Positions 31,568 to 41,563 of a DNA stretch of 64,000 nucleotides are shown piece by piece. This DNA comes from a virus. Lineage: Duplodnaviria > Caudoviricetes. How positions within the stretch are numbered: position 1 is the stretch's first letter; each line of letters starts with the position of its first letter. The DNA is taken from the IMG/VR virus record IMGVR_UViG_3300010048_000002, positions 5,617 through 69,616 of that record. One strand, given 5' to 3'. The notes under the pieces are model-generated. The model was not told the DNA's origin and did not search any database. It worked only from the letters and a program-made list of their open reading frames with translations. A program made the translations under genes and the position numbers.

Positions 31568-32379
31568 GCTTTGAATTCAGCGCGCTCCTGCCTCTCGAGC
31601 TCGAAGAGGTCCCACGTACGGGGAAACGCCTCGGCGATAAAAACACCTACAGCATCGGCAAATTGCCGTATTTCCCACTGAGCGTGTTCATGTGTACGCA
31701 ACGTCAAGAAGGATAGCCATCCACGCAAGTTGCCCGTCGCACGCATTCTCGAGTAGCGGCTCACACTGAGATGCGTACGCGCCAGCTCTTTGGGGAACCC
31801 AGCCTTGAGCTTGCGTCGATAGAGGTCCTCAACGGCCTTGTTCAGTTCTGCCTCCTCGTAAAGGAGGCGTTCGGCGACCGAAGCTTGAAGCTCGTCGGCA
31901 TCCTTGACAGCGCCGGCTTGCTTCGTGAGGTGGCCGCCGCCCATCATGACCCGGTCAAGAGTCGGTAGGTAGTTCAGGTCAGGTAGCGGTGCGTATCTGG
32001 CGCTCATCTCGTTGTACCCGAAAGGCACTCTGTGACGGTGCCATTCTCGGAACACGAAGATAGGCGCCTGGACTTCGAACGTCGCGCCCGCCATTTCGAA
32101 GGGCGTCGCGTGCTGATTCTCGTAGAGATACTTGAGAAGCTTCTCGTCGCCCTGGTACGGACGCCAGTCATGCTCAGAGCCCGGAACGCCCTGACAGCGA
32201 CCTCCGCGACGAGTCACGTCGCGCTCGCCGCAACGTTCGCACTTTCCGTCCGAGCCCCAGCCCTCGAAGCCCTTCTGCGTCGACATGCGCGCCGCCTCGA
32301 TGATGCGCGCGTCGGAGCCCCACGATTCGACGCCTTTCACGTAGCCGTGATCCAACACAAAGATGCATGAGGTCGTCAT
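31543..32379 (-). CDS. thyX: FAD-dependent thymidylate synthase
   Basis: HATPFE, APIFVFREWHRHR, NEMSARY, HAQWEIR. Confidence 0.95.
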   Translation of the reverse strand: MTTSCIFVLDHGYVKGVESWGSDARIIEAARMSTQKGFEGWGSDGKCERCGERDVTRRGGRCQGVPGSEHDWRPYQGDEKLLKYLYENQHATPFEMAGATFEVQAPIFVFREWHRHRVPFGYNEMSARYAPLPDLNYLPTLDRVMMGGGHLTKQAGAVKDADELQASVAERLLYEEAELNKAVEDLYRRKLKAGFPKELARTHLSVSRYSRMRATGNLRGWLSFLTLRTHEHAQWEIRQFADAVGVFIAEAFPRTWDLFELERQERAEFKAWKKARKT

Positions 32380-32741
32380 TTCAGGGGCAGCCTTCCGTGC
32401 ACCACCGTCGGCGGCGGACAGTGATGCTCACCATCTACTGTAGTGATGCAGACGCCACTCATCGTGCCGAGCTTCGGGGGCGCGATGTCAGGCCCGGGGC
32501 CGACGTAACAACACGTAGCGGCGGGGCACGTATTCGTCGGGTCATCGACGGTATCGTGGCCACAGATCTCCTGCTCGTCGCAACAGCCGCCGCCAGACTG
32601 CAAGGAGCAGAGATGCGCCCGGTAGGCGTTGCACGGATAATCGACGCGTGGCGGCGTCAGTACCAGTGGCGTGGCGCACGCACCGACGCACGCAACCACG
32701 ACGAACAGCATGAAGGCGGCGGCTACCGGCTTGCTGTTCAT
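32376..32741 (-). CDS. Cys-rich lipoprotein-like protein
   Basis: Signal ..VGAC followed by several Cys pairs. Confidence 0.45.
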   Translation of the reverse strand: MNSKPVAAAFMLFVVVACVGACATPLVLTPPRVDYPCNAYRAHLCSLQSGGGCCDEQEICGHDTVDDPTNTCPAATCCYVGPGPDIAPPKLGTMSGVCITTVDGEHHCPPPTVVHGRLPLK

Positions 32742-33891
32742 GACGACTTCGCCTCCTGTGCCTTCATGAAGGCGACCCCCTGCGCGTCAGGCTGCTCGAA
32801 GTCGATGTGCGTCGCTAGGCCGCAGTTCGTGCACTCGAGTTGCAACGCGTCCATGTGCGTGAAGTACACGACGATGTACTTGTTGTTGCCGCACTGTGAG
32901 CACGCTAACCGCAGCGTGTGCTGATCGTTGTTCTCGTTGCCGCACCGGCACGAACGCCCTTCCGTACGTAGCTCGTTGAGTGTCATCATCTTGCTCATGC
33001 CGCCTTCTCCCCACGGCTAGAGGGGGGCAACGCCTCCAGCATGTCACGCCCCACGGACACCTTGCTGTACTCTCCGGCACTGACGACAAAACGCTCCACG
33101 TCGCCGGTGTCGCGCCAGCGAACCTCCAGCACGAAGCCGGGCAGTTTTTGCAACACGTCGGCCTTACGCATCTTCTGACACACGTTTACTTACCTTTGCC
33201 TTTCCGGCCGCTGAGCAGCCACTTGACGGAATCCCATGCGGCCAGCGCCCAGGGAATCTTCTCGACACGCCAGTCACCGGTAGCTCTCACGACCGGCATC
33301 TCCAACGCCGCAGCCTCGCGCGTGGGCCACCGCCGCAGGCCTCCAGAAGACGCGCGGAGCCAGATGCGCGTCGCAACGCCGCTATCAGCGTGAAGCCGCA
33401 AGCCCCAACGGCACTTGTGCCGGGGCCTCTGCGGCACCAGCGCGGCACCTGCCTCCTTCTGCGCAATCACGACGTCGTTATTAGTGGCGCCTCCGGTGAG
33501 ACTGTTGCTACCGGCCTTGTCGATGCGAATGTGAATGCCGCTACCGCCGGTGCCGTTCACTTGCCTCTCCTGTTGGCTTGATGGTGAGCGTCGAGTAGGG
33601 GCTTCACAACGCGTAGCCATCCCGCACGCGCGACGCCCCCTTCCTGGAAGTCGGAGGAGCCCCCGCACCACTCAAGCGCTTCGACGAGCGCCCCGACGTC
33701 GCTTTCGTATTGGCGCATGTGCCGCACTTCGCTGACGGCGCGCGTGAGCAGCATAGCGAGGTTGAGCGCCTCGTGCGGCTCGAGGGTGTGACTGTTGGCA
33801 ACGATAGTCGATTCGACTTCGATGCCTCCGAGGCTTGCATCGACACTGATGCCACCCTTTCGCGGCAGCTCCAGTACCCCGATACGTACAC

Positions 33892-34395
33892 TCATCGCCA
33901 CACCCACCTTTCCATCGTACGTGCACCCGCGTTGAACACGCTGAGCATCAAGTCCTTCGGATACGGATCGACACCGTCGAAGGATAGACGGGGGTGTATC
34001 GGCAGCACCAGCGCGTGCGGCCAGACGTACTGCCAGAACCAGTTGGCACCGACGCTCGCGGGGGTGAGGAAGAAGATGCGGTTAGTGGCACCCCTGTAGC
34101 TGCTACCGGCGCACTTAGCGGCCCACGGCGCAATCTGCGCAAACGGCGGATTGAGCCACAGGTTGCCTTCCAGCCTACGCCAGTTCTGCTCCAAGCTGTC
34201 GCGAAAGACACCACTTTCCTGCATTCCGTAGAAGTCGGTGGTGACGGCGTTGCGCCAAGTGGCGGCGAGGTCCCAATCCAACTTGCCGAAGCGCTTCTCG
34301 ACAGCGGCGATGAATTCTCGAGGCGTGGCATAGTCTTGCTTTGACTTGCCGGGCTTCTGCCGAGGCATTTTGCGATGCGTATCCGCTGCTGTCAT
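33892..34395 (-). CDS. Phage DNA N6-adenine methyltransferase (Dam-like)
   Basis: YATP, WDLAA, WLNPPF motif IV; start by ATGA coupling at 34395. Confidence 0.8.
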   Translation of the reverse strand: MTAADTHRKMPRQKPGKSKQDYATPREFIAAVEKRFGKLDWDLAATWRNAVTTDFYGMQESGVFRDSLEQNWRRLEGNLWLNPPFAQIAPWAAKCAGSSYRGATNRIFFLTPASVGANWFWQYVWPHALVLPIHPRLSFDGVDPYPKDLMLSVFNAGARTMERWVWR

Positions 34396-34772
34396 TCCTT
34401 CACCCATCCCGCCGTACTCAATCGACACCCCTGCTTCACGCCCACTCTGCTCATCCACCCTGCCGGCGCCTCTACGACCCACCTGGAGGGCTCGTCGATG
34501 CCCCACAGCACCAACGGGGGGCCGGGGGGCACCCACTCGAGGGCGCCCAGTAACGTAGCGCCGGGGCCGAAGAACAGCAAGTCCAGTTGGAAAGTCACGC
34601 CTTTCATCCAGAAGCGCTGGATCTTGACTTCCGGCATGATGAAGAGCATGCCCTCGTTGGGGCCGAGGCCCTTACGACCACCCAGCCCCTTGGCGATCTG
34701 CTCGGGGGTCTCTGCGATATCGCAGACGAGGCGAGCGCCGGGCGGAGTGAAGCCGAGAATGCAGCGCCTCAC
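34392..34772 (-). CDS. DUF192-family protein
   Basis: KGLGGRK..GMLF..FWMKGV.F.LDLLF..VVEAPAG. Confidence 0.85.
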   Translation of the reverse strand: MRRCILGFTPPGARLVCDIAETPEQIAKGLGGRKGLGPNEGMLFIMPEVKIQRFWMKGVTFQLDLLFFGPGATLLGALEWVPPGPPLVLWGIDEPSRWVVEAPAGWMSRVGVKQGCRLSTAGWVKE

Positions 34773-34808
34773 TTGTGAAGCGCCTCCGCCGCTTGCGCCA
34801 ACACACCG

Positions 34809-35411
34809 CTACACACCGTCGGCATGCCCGCTCCAGTCCATCTTGTAGTGCCCCTCGACGATGCCGCTCTCAGCGCTGCCCAGCACCCGCGCCGGCTTGT
34901 CGTCGAAGTTACCTCGGTGCACAACAGTTACCGCTAAGCCCTCGACGCGAGTCGTGTGCCAGTCGCGCCGAGCGATGCGGTACGTGGAGCCGGCGGCATG
35001 CCGCATAACAGGCATCTCCTTGGACCAGGCCTCGCCAATAAGCGTCGTGTCTGAGACGTCGGCTCGGTGCGCCTTCGCATGCACGATGCTGTAGGCCTGC
35101 GTCAAGACGAAGCCGTTGCCGGCTGACTGTGTGTGCCAGAAAGGCTGTGTGCCGACCAGCACCACATACGGCACGTCGATGATGCTGCCGTATACAACGG
35201 CGCTGTCGATATCGAAGCGGTGGTCATGCACAGCGCGAAGGCCCTTCACGCGGCGCAACTCTGGGTGCCACACGTGAATCCTGATGGCTTCATCGAGCTC
35301 CGCCTGGAGCATCCCGAGACCGTGCCATCGCCAGAAGAGGTGGCGGAAGCTCACCACCCTACAAAGCCGAGCGGCTAGCGCGGCAAACACACTGTTATGG
35401 GTGTCTGTCAT
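34809..35411 (-). CDS. Cupin-like protein
   Basis: IRIHVWHP, VHDHRFDIDSAVVYG. Confidence 0.5.
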   Translation of the reverse strand: MTDTHNSVFAALAARLCRVVSFRHLFWRWHGLGMLQAELDEAIRIHVWHPELRRVKGLRAVHDHRFDIDSAVVYGSIIDVPYVVLVGTQPFWHTQSAGNGFVLTQAYSIVHAKAHRADVSDTTLIGEAWSKEMPVMRHAAGSTYRIARRDWHTTRVEGLAVTVVHRGNFDDKPARVLGSAESGIVEGHYKMDWSGHADGV

Positions 35412-35805
35412 CGCCAGAACATCCCCATGAAGCCCCAAAAGCCGGAGCGACGAGTCAACGCCGACGGCAACGGCGGCCAGCGCATGTAGCACCCCTTGGC
35501 GTAGTAGTCGACAACGCGCTCTAGGCGACGAATCTCACCGAGACACGCGCATGTGTACACGAAGTACACCACCACAGACACCAACAACCACCCGACCAGC
35601 CACCATGCGCTAATCATCCAACGCCTCGCTCTTCACCACTTCGCACGTCTTTGGGCCGCCGTGAGTGGGGCACCACCTGGAGTAGTTGCACCCACACTCC
35701 GGGCAGAAGTAGATGCCGTACGTCTCGTGCCACGCCTTGTCGATCTCTTTTGCCGTTACCGGCTGTCGCTTCTTCTTACGATGCACTGCCAGGCCTTCCG
35801 TTGCG

Positions 35806-38800
35806 TCAGAAGTCGCTGAGTCTATCCCCCACCTTCAAGTCGATGGGCATCACGAAGTCACGCCCGCTAGTCGGAACGTGTACCGGTACCTTCCAGGTAT
35901 CAGTAATCAGCTCCTTGACGTCGTCAACCAGCCCCAGAGGCGTCTCGATGACGCCGCTGTCGTGTACCTGCGCGACGGTGCGGCACCCGCGGGGCAGCTT
36001 CGCGTCGATCGCAAGAAGCCTGTCGTTCATCAGAGCGGCGATGAACGCCTGGACACTGTTGCCCGTCACGAACACTTTGCCTTCCCTACGCGCTACGAAA
36101 TACGAGTTGGCGACTACCGGACACCACACACGTGAGTGCTTCACGAATCGCCTCTTGACTTGATCGATACGCTTCTTGTGTCGCCCGTAGCGTTTTTTGT
36201 GCACCAGCACCTGCGCAAACTGTCTGCGCAACACTGTAACTAGCCACCCGCCGTGGCCCTTAGGCTTATTGGGCATAGACCTGTAAAGTTTTTTCACTGT
36301 ACGCCCTGGTACGCGCGTCACCGTAACGGCCTTGCCGCACATAACACACAGTGCGGCGAACGCGTCGGCGCGCTCTTCGTCTCGGCAGAAAAACGATGTG
36401 CCGCCGGTTCTGCATCCGTCCCCATCGATCATGGTCTCTAACAATCTGTTCAACTGCGCCGAGGTCAACGCATCCATGAAGCCATACGTCAACACGCGCC
36501 CAGGAAACATTCTTCGAAGCGTGTGTGTGACGGATAGCACATTGCTGAGCACCCATGTGACGATGCCCCTTCTCTCGTATCTAGATCGACAGCCCATACG
36601 CTTCATCAGCGCGTCGATACGAGCTACTTTGCGCTCATTGGCGCGAGCGATTTGATAGACCCTTACGCCCTTATCGTCGATGTTTCCGTCAGTGAGCACC
36701 CAGCCCACTAGCTCCACGTAATCGTCGGTGTATACAGCCGCCGAGGCTCCAGGATACGTACCTGTTCGATGGATACTGTAATCGCCGCGCCCGTCGGCGA
36801 GTTCCTCTGTGGTAACGCACAGGTCCTCCATACGTCTGCGATCCCGCACCATCCATCGGTGATTGGGAGTCGTGACGGCGCTGAATGACTGAGACTTGAA
36901 CTCCACCAACTCGCCCGTGTAGTCGTTGACGTGATTCATTCGCGCGACGGGCTTCCACTCCAATAGCCCTGTATCGATATTTTTGGTGAGAATGACATCG
37001 CCTGCTTTCAGGTCAAAGCCTTTCACCCACCCGTTGCGTGTCAACGCCTCTGTCTTATCGTCTAGACAGAAGTTGTAGATCTCGGTCGGCTTCGGGTAGA
37101 ACCCAAACCACCGAATCCTCCCGCTGAGCGCCTCACGCAGGTGCCCGTGCTTGCGACAAAAGTCTAGATTCTCCTCACAGAACTCGTAGTACCGCGCATA
37201 AGCGCTGCGAATCTCGGCAAACATCGCTTCGACATCGGCAAGCGCTACGTCGAACCCCTTCGACTGCAAGAAGCTGTAGATTGTCGCTACCGTCGCATCG
37301 TAGAGAATGCCGAAGCCGGCGTTCTTGGTGACGTCGCGGAACGGCTTACCGGCCCCCTTGGGATCTGCCAGCTCGGCAAGTGCGTCAGGAAACAAGATTA
37401 TAGCGTTAGCGGTGTGCACATCGCCCGACTCACAACTCGATATGAAGCGCGAGTCGCCGGATAGGTATGCCGCCGCGCGCATCTCGCTCTGCCCCAAGTC
37501 GAAGTAGACGAAAGCCTTGCCAGGCGACGCGATGTATATCTCTCTAACGCGTGACTCGAGCTCGTAGGCCTCGTCCCCGAGCTCCTTGATGCGCGCCTTG
37601 GCGGCAGCGACCTTCAGGGGGTTGCTACTGGCGCTCATCTTGATGAGAGCCTCTAGCAACACACGCCTCACGAGATTCTGAAGATTGGGGTCTCGGCAGG
37701 ACAGTCTTTGCGTCACCGTGCCGAAGGCGCGCCAGCTCGCGTGTACTCTCCCGTCACCGGCGATGTTGATGCCTTCGAGAAACGTCGACACAGTCTTCTC
37801 ACAGGCGCGATACCTGATAACTAAGTCGCTCAAGATGCCAGCCTTGGATTCTGTCTTCTGCAAAGCCTCCAAGGTGCCGCTGGCTGTTGACGGGACCCCC
37901 GTGGGTGTCAGCGCCAAGAGAGGGGACTTGAACTTCTGGAAGAGCGCCCAACGCAAGTCTGCCGTCTTCCGTGGGTTGAATGTCGGCCTACCGACCAGCT
38001 TGCGCATCTCGCCCTTGATGCCGGCGGCACGGGAACGAAGTTTGCGTGCTAGGTAATCCCTGCGCGCGATGTCGACGCGCAAGCCTGCGCGCTGCATGCC
38101 GGTGCAGAACTCGGCGAGACGTTTAGCGCCTTCGTAGACGCTTCGCTCTTTGGCTAAGTCAGGCTGCATGCGAATCCACGCCAAGCCAGTGAGTCCGCAG
38201 TCCGAACTGTTATAACGCGCCAGCTCCTTGACGGCGAACCCCAAGCCTTTCTCGTCGGCGCCCCGAGACTTGTGAATATGTTTCCAAGGTTGCGCGTCGC
38301 AGTACACACTGGCTACGTGATCGAGCCCCTGACGCACGTGTGAGGCGAAGCTGTGATGCGCCAAGAGAGTGTCTTCCTTGCCGCCCGCGAAGTGAATGCC
38401 GTACCTTCGACACACCGTCTCGTCGAAGCTTATGAGGTTGTGGCCCACGACGACGCGTGTCTTGAGCGCCTTGTTGAGCAGCACACCAAAAGCGCGGCGC
38501 CAAGGCTTCATGACAAGCGCCGGGCCCCGCAGCACACCAGCTTCCACGTCGACGCCGATGACGCCGATGCAATCCAGCTTCGCGTGTAGCGGATCCGGCC
38601 CATCTGTCTCGACGTCAAGCGACACGACACGTGGCAGTCTCGCCAGATGGCGCCTCACGACAGCTACGTCGGCTGTCTCTACGAAAGCCACGTCATCCTC
38701 CAGCTTGAGAGGATGCCTCGCATAGCGTACCGCCCTGTTGACGTCGACGCGCAGCAAGGGCGCCCAGGCGTCGGCACCACGCAACAGAAACGCGGGGTGC

Positions 38801-39420
38801 AGCGACGGAATCACGACGAGACCCCGTAGCAGGTTGCGCGCCTGAAGGAGCCACAAGCTGCTTTCAGCTTTGGCGAGGCGCTCCTGGTTGACAGCAGTGG
38901 GGCGAGTAGCGCGCCGTTTGCTGACGGTCCGTTGCGCTGCCTTCAGCGCGGCTGGTTTGACGGCGTCAATCTTCCAGATGAAGCCACGGGCCTTCAAGAT
39001 GCCGCCCTTGCCGATAGTCGCCTTGGCGGCGCTAGCACCCAGCGCCAACACCGGCGCCTGCGATGGCAGCGCCGCCAGTTCCTCGGCTAGACGCATGCTG
39101 CAACACGCCGTGGCGCGGGGCAGGGTCTTCTCGTCGTCGAGCCGACACAAGACGGCGTTGGTGACTAACGCGTCTCGTCTATCGAATCCGACTTCGTCGA
39201 GAATCTTGTCGAGCAGCTTACCGGAGGGGCCCATGAAGGGACCGCCGAGCTTCACCTCAATCTTACCCGGCGCCTCGCCCACAATAGCGAGACGCGTCTT
39301 GCCGAATGACGGCGTAGGGGGCACAACCGGTTGCCCATTCAACGGGCAACTATCGCACCTCGCTCCGTGCGCCCGGGGGTCATACGCAGCGGTGGTACTG
39401 TCTTCCCCGGGCGACATCAC
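35806..39420 (-). CDS. polA: Family A DNA polymerase with N-terminal family-4 UDG domain and 3'-5' exonuclease, interrupted by an intein
   Basis: UDG: VGEAPG, GPFMGPSG, HPAFLLR. Exo: SLDVET. Pol: RLSCRDPNLQN, DLGQSEMR, KNAGFGILY, QVHDS. Confidence 0.93.
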   Translation of the reverse strand: MMSPGEDSTTAAYDPRAHGARCDSCPLNGQPVVPPTPSFGKTRLAIVGEAPGKIEVKLGGPFMGPSGKLLDKILDEVGFDRRDALVTNAVLCRLDDEKTLPRATACCSMRLAEELAALPSQAPVLALGASAAKATIGKGGILKARGFIWKIDAVKPAALKAAQRTVSKRRATRPTAVNQERLAKAESSLWLLQARNLLRGLVVIPSLHPAFLLRGADAWAPLLRVDVNRAVRYARHPLKLEDDVAFVETADVAVVRRHLARLPRVVSLDVETDGPDPLHAKLDCIGVIGVDVEAGVLRGPALVMKPWRRAFGVLLNKALKTRVVVGHNLISFDETVCRRYGIHFAGGKEDTLLAHHSFASHVRQGLDHVASVYCDAQPWKHIHKSRGADEKGLGFAVKELARYNSSDCGLTGLAWIRMQPDLAKERSVYEGAKRLAEFCTGMQRAGLRVDIARRDYLARKLRSRAAGIKGEMRKLVGRPTFNPRKTADLRWALFQKFKSPLLALTPTGVPSTASGTLEALQKTESKAGILSDLVIRYRACEKTVSTFLEGINIAGDGRVHASWRAFGTVTQRLSCRDPNLQNLVRRVLLEALIKMSASSNPLKVAAAKARIKELGDEAYELESRVREIYIASPGKAFVYFDLGQSEMRAAAYLSGDSRFISSCESGDVHTANAIILFPDALAELADPKGAGKPFRDVTKNAGFGILYDATVATIYSFLQSKGFDVALADVEAMFAEIRSAYARYYEFCEENLDFCRKHGHLREALSGRIRWFGFYPKPTEIYNFCLDDKTEALTRNGWVKGFDLKAGDVILTKNIDTGLLEWKPVARMNHVNDYTGELVEFKSQSFSAVTTPNHRWMVRDRRRMEDLCVTTEELADGRGDYSIHRTGTYPGASAAVYTDDYVELVGWVLTDGNIDDKGVRVYQIARANERKVARIDALMKRMGCRSRYERRGIVTWVLSNVLSVTHTLRRMFPGRVLTYGFMDALTSAQLNRLLETMIDGDGCRTGGTSFFCRDEERADAFAALCVMCGKAVTVTRVPGRTVKKLYRSMPNKPKGHGGWLVTVLRRQFAQVLVHKKRYGRHKKRIDQVKRRFVKHSRVWCPVVANSYFVARREGKVFVTGNSVQAFIAALMNDRLLAIDAKLPRGCRTVAQVHDSGVIETPLGLVDDVKELITDTWKVPVHVPTSGRDFVMPIDLKVGDRLSDF
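36058..37068 (-). mobile_element. Intein (337 aa) with LAGLIDADG homing endonuclease
   Basis: Starts CLDDKTE, ends VFVTGN before Ser+1; blocks LVGWVLTDG and MIDGDG; inserted at YNF/SVQ. Confidence 0.92.
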
Positions 39421-39978
39421 GCCGCCTCCTTCGACGCTCTCAGCTCTGCTCGCTTGGCGCGGCGGGCAGCATTGATGGCGTCTTTGTGCCGCGCCCAGTA
39501 AGTCTTCTTGATAGCTCTGCGTGTAGCCTTGCCCTTGGCTGTTGCCTCGTAGCGCTTGCGGCCCAGGCGCTTAGATTCTAGGGCGCGCTCAGGATTCGCG
39601 GCTTCCCACTCACGCAACTTATCGAGAGTGTTGCCGCGCTTCCGCCATGTCAACCCCACGGCGAAGGCTACCCACGGAGCCGCGCGTTGCGCCTCGGCGA
39701 ACTCCTCGAGCACTTCAAGAGAGACCATTAGCCCCAGCCGCAACGGTCGTTGAGCCGAACGAATCCGAGGGCGTGAAGTGCCGTATGGAGATCGATGCCG
39801 CTCAACATCACCGCCGGTTCGCCGTCGACCTCCAGCGCTAGTTTACCGTCGATAGCGGCCATGCGCGCAAAGGACTTGCGCCCGTTATGCACGACGGGCA
39901 TAGTGATTACGAGCGAGCTCTCTACGGGCCTGGCGTGATAGCGCATGTGGCGTCTACGTCGTCGTTTGACCTTAGCCA

Positions 39979-40392
39979 TTACCTCCTCACTTCCTCGAGC
40001 CACGCCAATGCTTCCTCGTGAGTCTCGAAGCGCTTGTCTACGAGATGGAGGAATATGGAAGCATTCACGTCGCCGCTAACTATGATCTGGCATCGCGGGC
40101 TAGCCAGGGCTAGCCCCAGCTCCACCCACGCGCCCCTCCCTTTGTCGTCGGGTGGAATCATGAGCCACACGACGTCGGAGGCCTGCACCGCGTTGACGTC
40201 TTCATCGGCGTAGCGCTTAGCGGCATAGGCGTCGAGCTGTCTGTCAGTCACGCCAGACTTCTCGTGCTCCTCGATGCTAAGGGTCCAATCTAGCGTGAGG
40301 TGGTAGCCTAAAGCCTCGGCGGCACGCATCATGGCGCGTACGCGCTTCCACTCGACGGCGGCCCCGGCGATGTAGAGACGACGGCGCATCAC
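39979..40392 (-). CDS. Nucleoside 2-deoxyribosyltransferase-like or nucleotide hydrolase
   Basis: LYIAG, DVNAVQASDVV, RGAWVELGLALA. Confidence 0.75.
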   Translation of the reverse strand: MMRRRLYIAGAAVEWKRVRAMMRAAEALGYHLTLDWTLSIEEHEKSGVTDRQLDAYAAKRYADEDVNAVQASDVVWLMIPPDDKGRGAWVELGLALASPRCQIIVSGDVNASIFLHLVDKRFETHEEALAWLEEVRR

Positions 40393-40838
40393 ATGCCCTC
40401 CCAGTTCTTCGTCAAGTGGTACCCTGATGTCTTCAGGATGGCGTTCACCGTCTCGCAGATGGGGGGCGACATGCCCCTATGCCCATTCAATGCGGCGTCG
40501 ATGGCGTCGCGCAAGACGTATGCGGCCTCTCTCAAGTCGACGGCCAGCTTGCCGACGGCGTTGGCGTCACTCATCCCGTCACTCATACCCAGCCTCTCCT
40601 CTCAGCGAACCAGTAGACCACCACCAAGTCGCCGTCGGTACCCTCGGTGTAGACCTCGCTGTCGTCGTGAACGACAGACTTCGGTACCCACACCTCGCCG
40701 CCAGTGCCGTCGACGTCATCGAAGAACGGGGCTTGTACGAGAATAGCGATGCCTGTCTCGCTAATGCAAACGGCATCTGTGACAGTGAAAGTTTCGTCTT
40801 TAGACATGGCGTGTTGTAGAAGGCGCCTTTAGCGCCAG

Positions 40839-40950
40839 TGGGGGTTGGAAGGAATCGAACCTTAGAAGTGCCGGCCCCAGTCAGTGGGCGCCCGTGGGGG
40901 CCGGCTAACACGGGTAGGAGGTAGCGATGAGTCTACCGCCCACCAACTCC
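40839..40950 (-). ncRNA. tRNA-like RNA with non-canonical middle
   Basis: T-arm AAGG-TTCGATT-CCTT; acceptor GGAGTTGG/CCAACCCC; 6-bp D-like stem; fills the intergenic gap; no canonical anticodon arm. Confidence 0.55.
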
Positions 40951-40951
40951 T

Positions 40952-41545
40952 TCAGCGCCGAGCCGACTTGCCCTTCGCGCCCGCCTTTCCTGACGGCTTG
41001 CGCGTGTTGTGGCGCTCCTCCTGCTCCTCCTCGCCTTCCGGCATAGCCGCCATCGCGCTGCGAGGCGCGGTGTAGTTGACGTTGGTGCGCACCTCGCCGG
41101 AGGACTTATCTTCGCGCTGAGAGACCCACACCGTCGCCGACTGGCCCTTCACTTCCTTGATGAAGTCGAGGAAGTCGGCCTTGCTCTCGATGCGCGCGGG
41201 GATGGTGTCGGGGTCGACGCTGAGCAGCTCGCAGAGCTGAGCGTACTTGATCTTCCCCATCCTTCCGCGCCGGTCACCCGACGGGAAGAAGGTGAGGAAG
41301 TCGGTGACGGTTGCACCGACGCTCTTCTCCTGGTCATCGCCACCGTCGACGGCCTCGGTGAGCTGCCATTCGAGGATGAGCATGGGGTACTCATCCTTCG
41401 ACGTCTTGGAGATGCGCACATCGTCCAAGGTCGCCGTGTACTGCCCGACTGCCGCATCGGGCTCGATGTTCTTGTCGAAGTCGATGGGCTTGAAGTCGTA
41501 AGCCCCCTTCCCGTTGGAAGAACTGTGCTGCTGCGTCTGTGCCAT
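40952..41545 (-). CDS. DUF669-like ssDNA-binding protein
   Basis: GQYTATLDDV..SKTSK..PML.LEW; acidic/basic tail; next to the AAA ATPase. Confidence 0.6.
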   Translation of the reverse strand: MAQTQQHSSSNGKGAYDFKPIDFDKNIEPDAAVGQYTATLDDVRISKTSKDEYPMLILEWQLTEAVDGGDDQEKSVGATVTDFLTFFPSGDRRGRMGKIKYAQLCELLSVDPDTIPARIESKADFLDFIKEVKGQSATVWVSQREDKSSGEVRTNVNYTAPRSAMAAMPEGEEEQEERHNTRKPSGKAGAKGKSARR

Positions 41546-41563
41546 GGCTTGTGTGTACCTTTC

